A stretch of DNA of 62,962 nt. Origin: an uncultured bacterium (lineage in GTDB: Bacteria; Patescibacteriota; Minisyncoccia; Phycocordibacterales; Phycocordibacteraceae). The translations under genes and the position numbers were made by a program. The notes beneath the pieces were generated by a model. The model made no database searches and was not told the origin of the DNA. It saw only the letters and a program-made list of their open reading frames with translations. Shown piece by piece: positions 61,815 to 62,962 of this stretch. The stretch's first letter is position 1. Each line of letters starts with the position of its first letter. The stretch spans positions 1 to 62,962 of the forward strand of contig CAJEYI010000001.1 in the NCBI GenBank assembly GCA_903994795.1, given 5' to 3'.

Positions 61815-62962
61815 TTACTCAATGTGGATTTTTTCAGTTTTTGATTCGAGAAGTTTCTTGAGGAGTGGATGAGAGTCGAGCGAAGGGTCTTCCGTAATGA
61901 GCTTTGCGGACTCGGTCCGCGCTGCTTCGACGAGCTTGAGATTTTTGATTGCTTCCATGGTTATATCTGAGATACCCCATTGTTTTGATCCATAGAATTG
62001 TCCGGCGCCACGGTTGAGAAGATCGGCTTCAGCGAGCTTGAAGCCGTTCTTTGCCGTTGCGAGAGCCTTTAGGCGGTCTTTAGTTGCTTGTGGAACTTTC
62101 TCAGGAAGCACAAAGCAGTATGCTTGATTGTTTGAGCGAATAACTCGACCACGAAGTTGGTGAAGTTGCGAGAGGCCGAAACGTTCTGCGCCTTCAATTA
62201 AGATGACTGTGGCGTTTGGAACGTTTACACCGACTTCAACTACAGACGTCGCTACGAGTATATTTGTTTCGCCGGCTTCAAACGCACGCATCGACTCTTC
62301 CTTTTCAGCAGGAGTCATTTTGCTGTGAAGAATGCCGATAGTGGATTCAGGGAAGACTTCATTTTGTAAACGCGTAGCTTCTGCTTTTACGGACTTGGCA
62401 ATAATCGCCATTTCTTTCGTTGGGTCGGGTTCGTCGATGCGCGGGCAGATTACGTATGCTTGGCGACCAGCTTTGAGCTCTTCGCGAACTCTTGCGTATG
62501 CGAGTTCGCGCTTCTCAGGTCCAAGAATTTCTGTGATGATTGGTTTGCGACCGACAGGCATCTGATCGAGAAGTGAGAGATCGAGGTCGCCATAGATAGT
62601 GAGTGCGAGGGTGCGGGGAATTGGTGTTGCAGTCATTGAGAGTAGGTGGGGGGAGAGGCCGCTCTTTTGCGCGAGCGAATGACGCGCGACTTTTCCGAAG
62701 CGGTGTTGCTCGTCGATAATTGCGTATGCAAGTGTTTTGAATTCGAGTGATTTCTGAATCAAAGCATGCGTACCTATGACGATAGGAATTTCTCCATTTG
62801 CGACCCACTTACGAAACTGCGCACGAGAAATTTTCGTTGAAAGTTCGCGATTGATTTTAGAAGGAAACTTCCGGCACTCGCTTCCGGTGATGAGACCTAT
62901 TTGTATTGGATGGTCTTTAAAGTATGAGACGAATGTCGCAAAGTGCTGCTTTGCGAGAATTT
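61815..62962 (-). CDS. recG: ATP-dependent DNA helicase RecG (N-terminus outside the window)
   Basis: GTHALIQ...IIDEQHRFG and MTATPIPRT. The frame stays open to the window edge, upstream of the ORF-track start at 62762. Confidence 0.9.
   Translation of the reverse strand, partial: ILAKQHFATFVSYFKDHPIQIGLITGSECRKFPSKINRELSTKISRAQFRKWVANGEIPIVIGTHALIQKSLEFKTLAYAIIDEQHRFGKVARHSLAQKSGLSPHLLSMTATPIPRTLALTIYGDLDLSLLDQMPVGRKPIITEILGPEKRELAYARVREELKAGRQAYVICPRIDEPDPTKEMAIIAKSVKAEATRLQNEVFPESTIGILHSKMTPAEKEESMRAFEAGETNILVATSVVEVGVNVPNATVILIEGAERFGLSQLHQLRGRVIRSNNQAYCFVLPEKVPQATKDRLKALATAKNGFKLAEADLLNRGAGQFYGSKQWGISDITMEAIKNLKLVEAARTESAKLITEDPSLDSHPLLKKLLESKTEKIHIE

Noticed and set aside
1-62962. CRISPR arrays, rRNA genes, IS elements or transposases, and prophage genes.
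   Set aside because: No regularly spaced direct repeats, no rRNA-like conserved blocks, and no transposase, integrase or phage structural motifs were recognised anywhere in the window. This rests on a visual scan only, not a computational search.

Overview
This 62.9-kb chromosomal window looks like it comes from a small-genome, CPR/Patescibacteria-like bacterium. That placement is an inference from four observations: no L30 gene between rpsE and rplO, almost no Shine-Dalgarno (SD) sequences, many -10 boxes lying 6-9 nt before the ATG (leaderless-type starts), and a type IV pilus operon together with ComEC.

Gene content, left to right:
- A type IV pilus-like operon: pilB, pilC, a 573-aa pilin-like protein, a minor pilin and a PilX-like protein.
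- SemiSWEET, tpiA-pgk, a HIT protein, recJ, a deaminase and rnhA.
- comEC split into two ORFs by an antisense sod gene.
- rpmB, an M50 protease, and a large secreted LCAT-like lipase.
- The str-S10-spc ribosomal superoperon (rpsL through secY-adk-map), interrupted repeatedly by non-ribosomal inserts.
- ndk, an accessory stretch, a beta-CASP nuclease, infC-rpmI-rplT and sppA.
- A DUF3800 two-gene islet, ssrA-smpB, ftsH, a tRNA with a UAU anticodon, pyrB and a partial recG.
- No rRNA, CRISPR array, transposase or integrase was seen.

Most unusual signals:
1. Three long hairpins have unrelated stems but an identical 13-nt loop (UCUAAAUUCUGAC). They lie just downstream of rplB, secY and rplT.
2. 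Three GC-rich mini-cassettes, plus one related orphan region, each carry a consensus TTGACA promoter, a real SD, a small G/C-third-position ORF and their own terminator. They sit in a genome whose native genes lack SDs.
3. A leaderless gene fusing a nucleoside 2-deoxyribosyltransferase-like domain to a methyltransferase lies inside the spc operon.
4. An AT-rich DUF3800 islet lies next to ssrA, and the ssrA 3' end is repeated in inverted orientation.
5. A tRNA-Ile(UAU) candidate is present.

All functional calls rest on motif recognition by eye. No database search was run.
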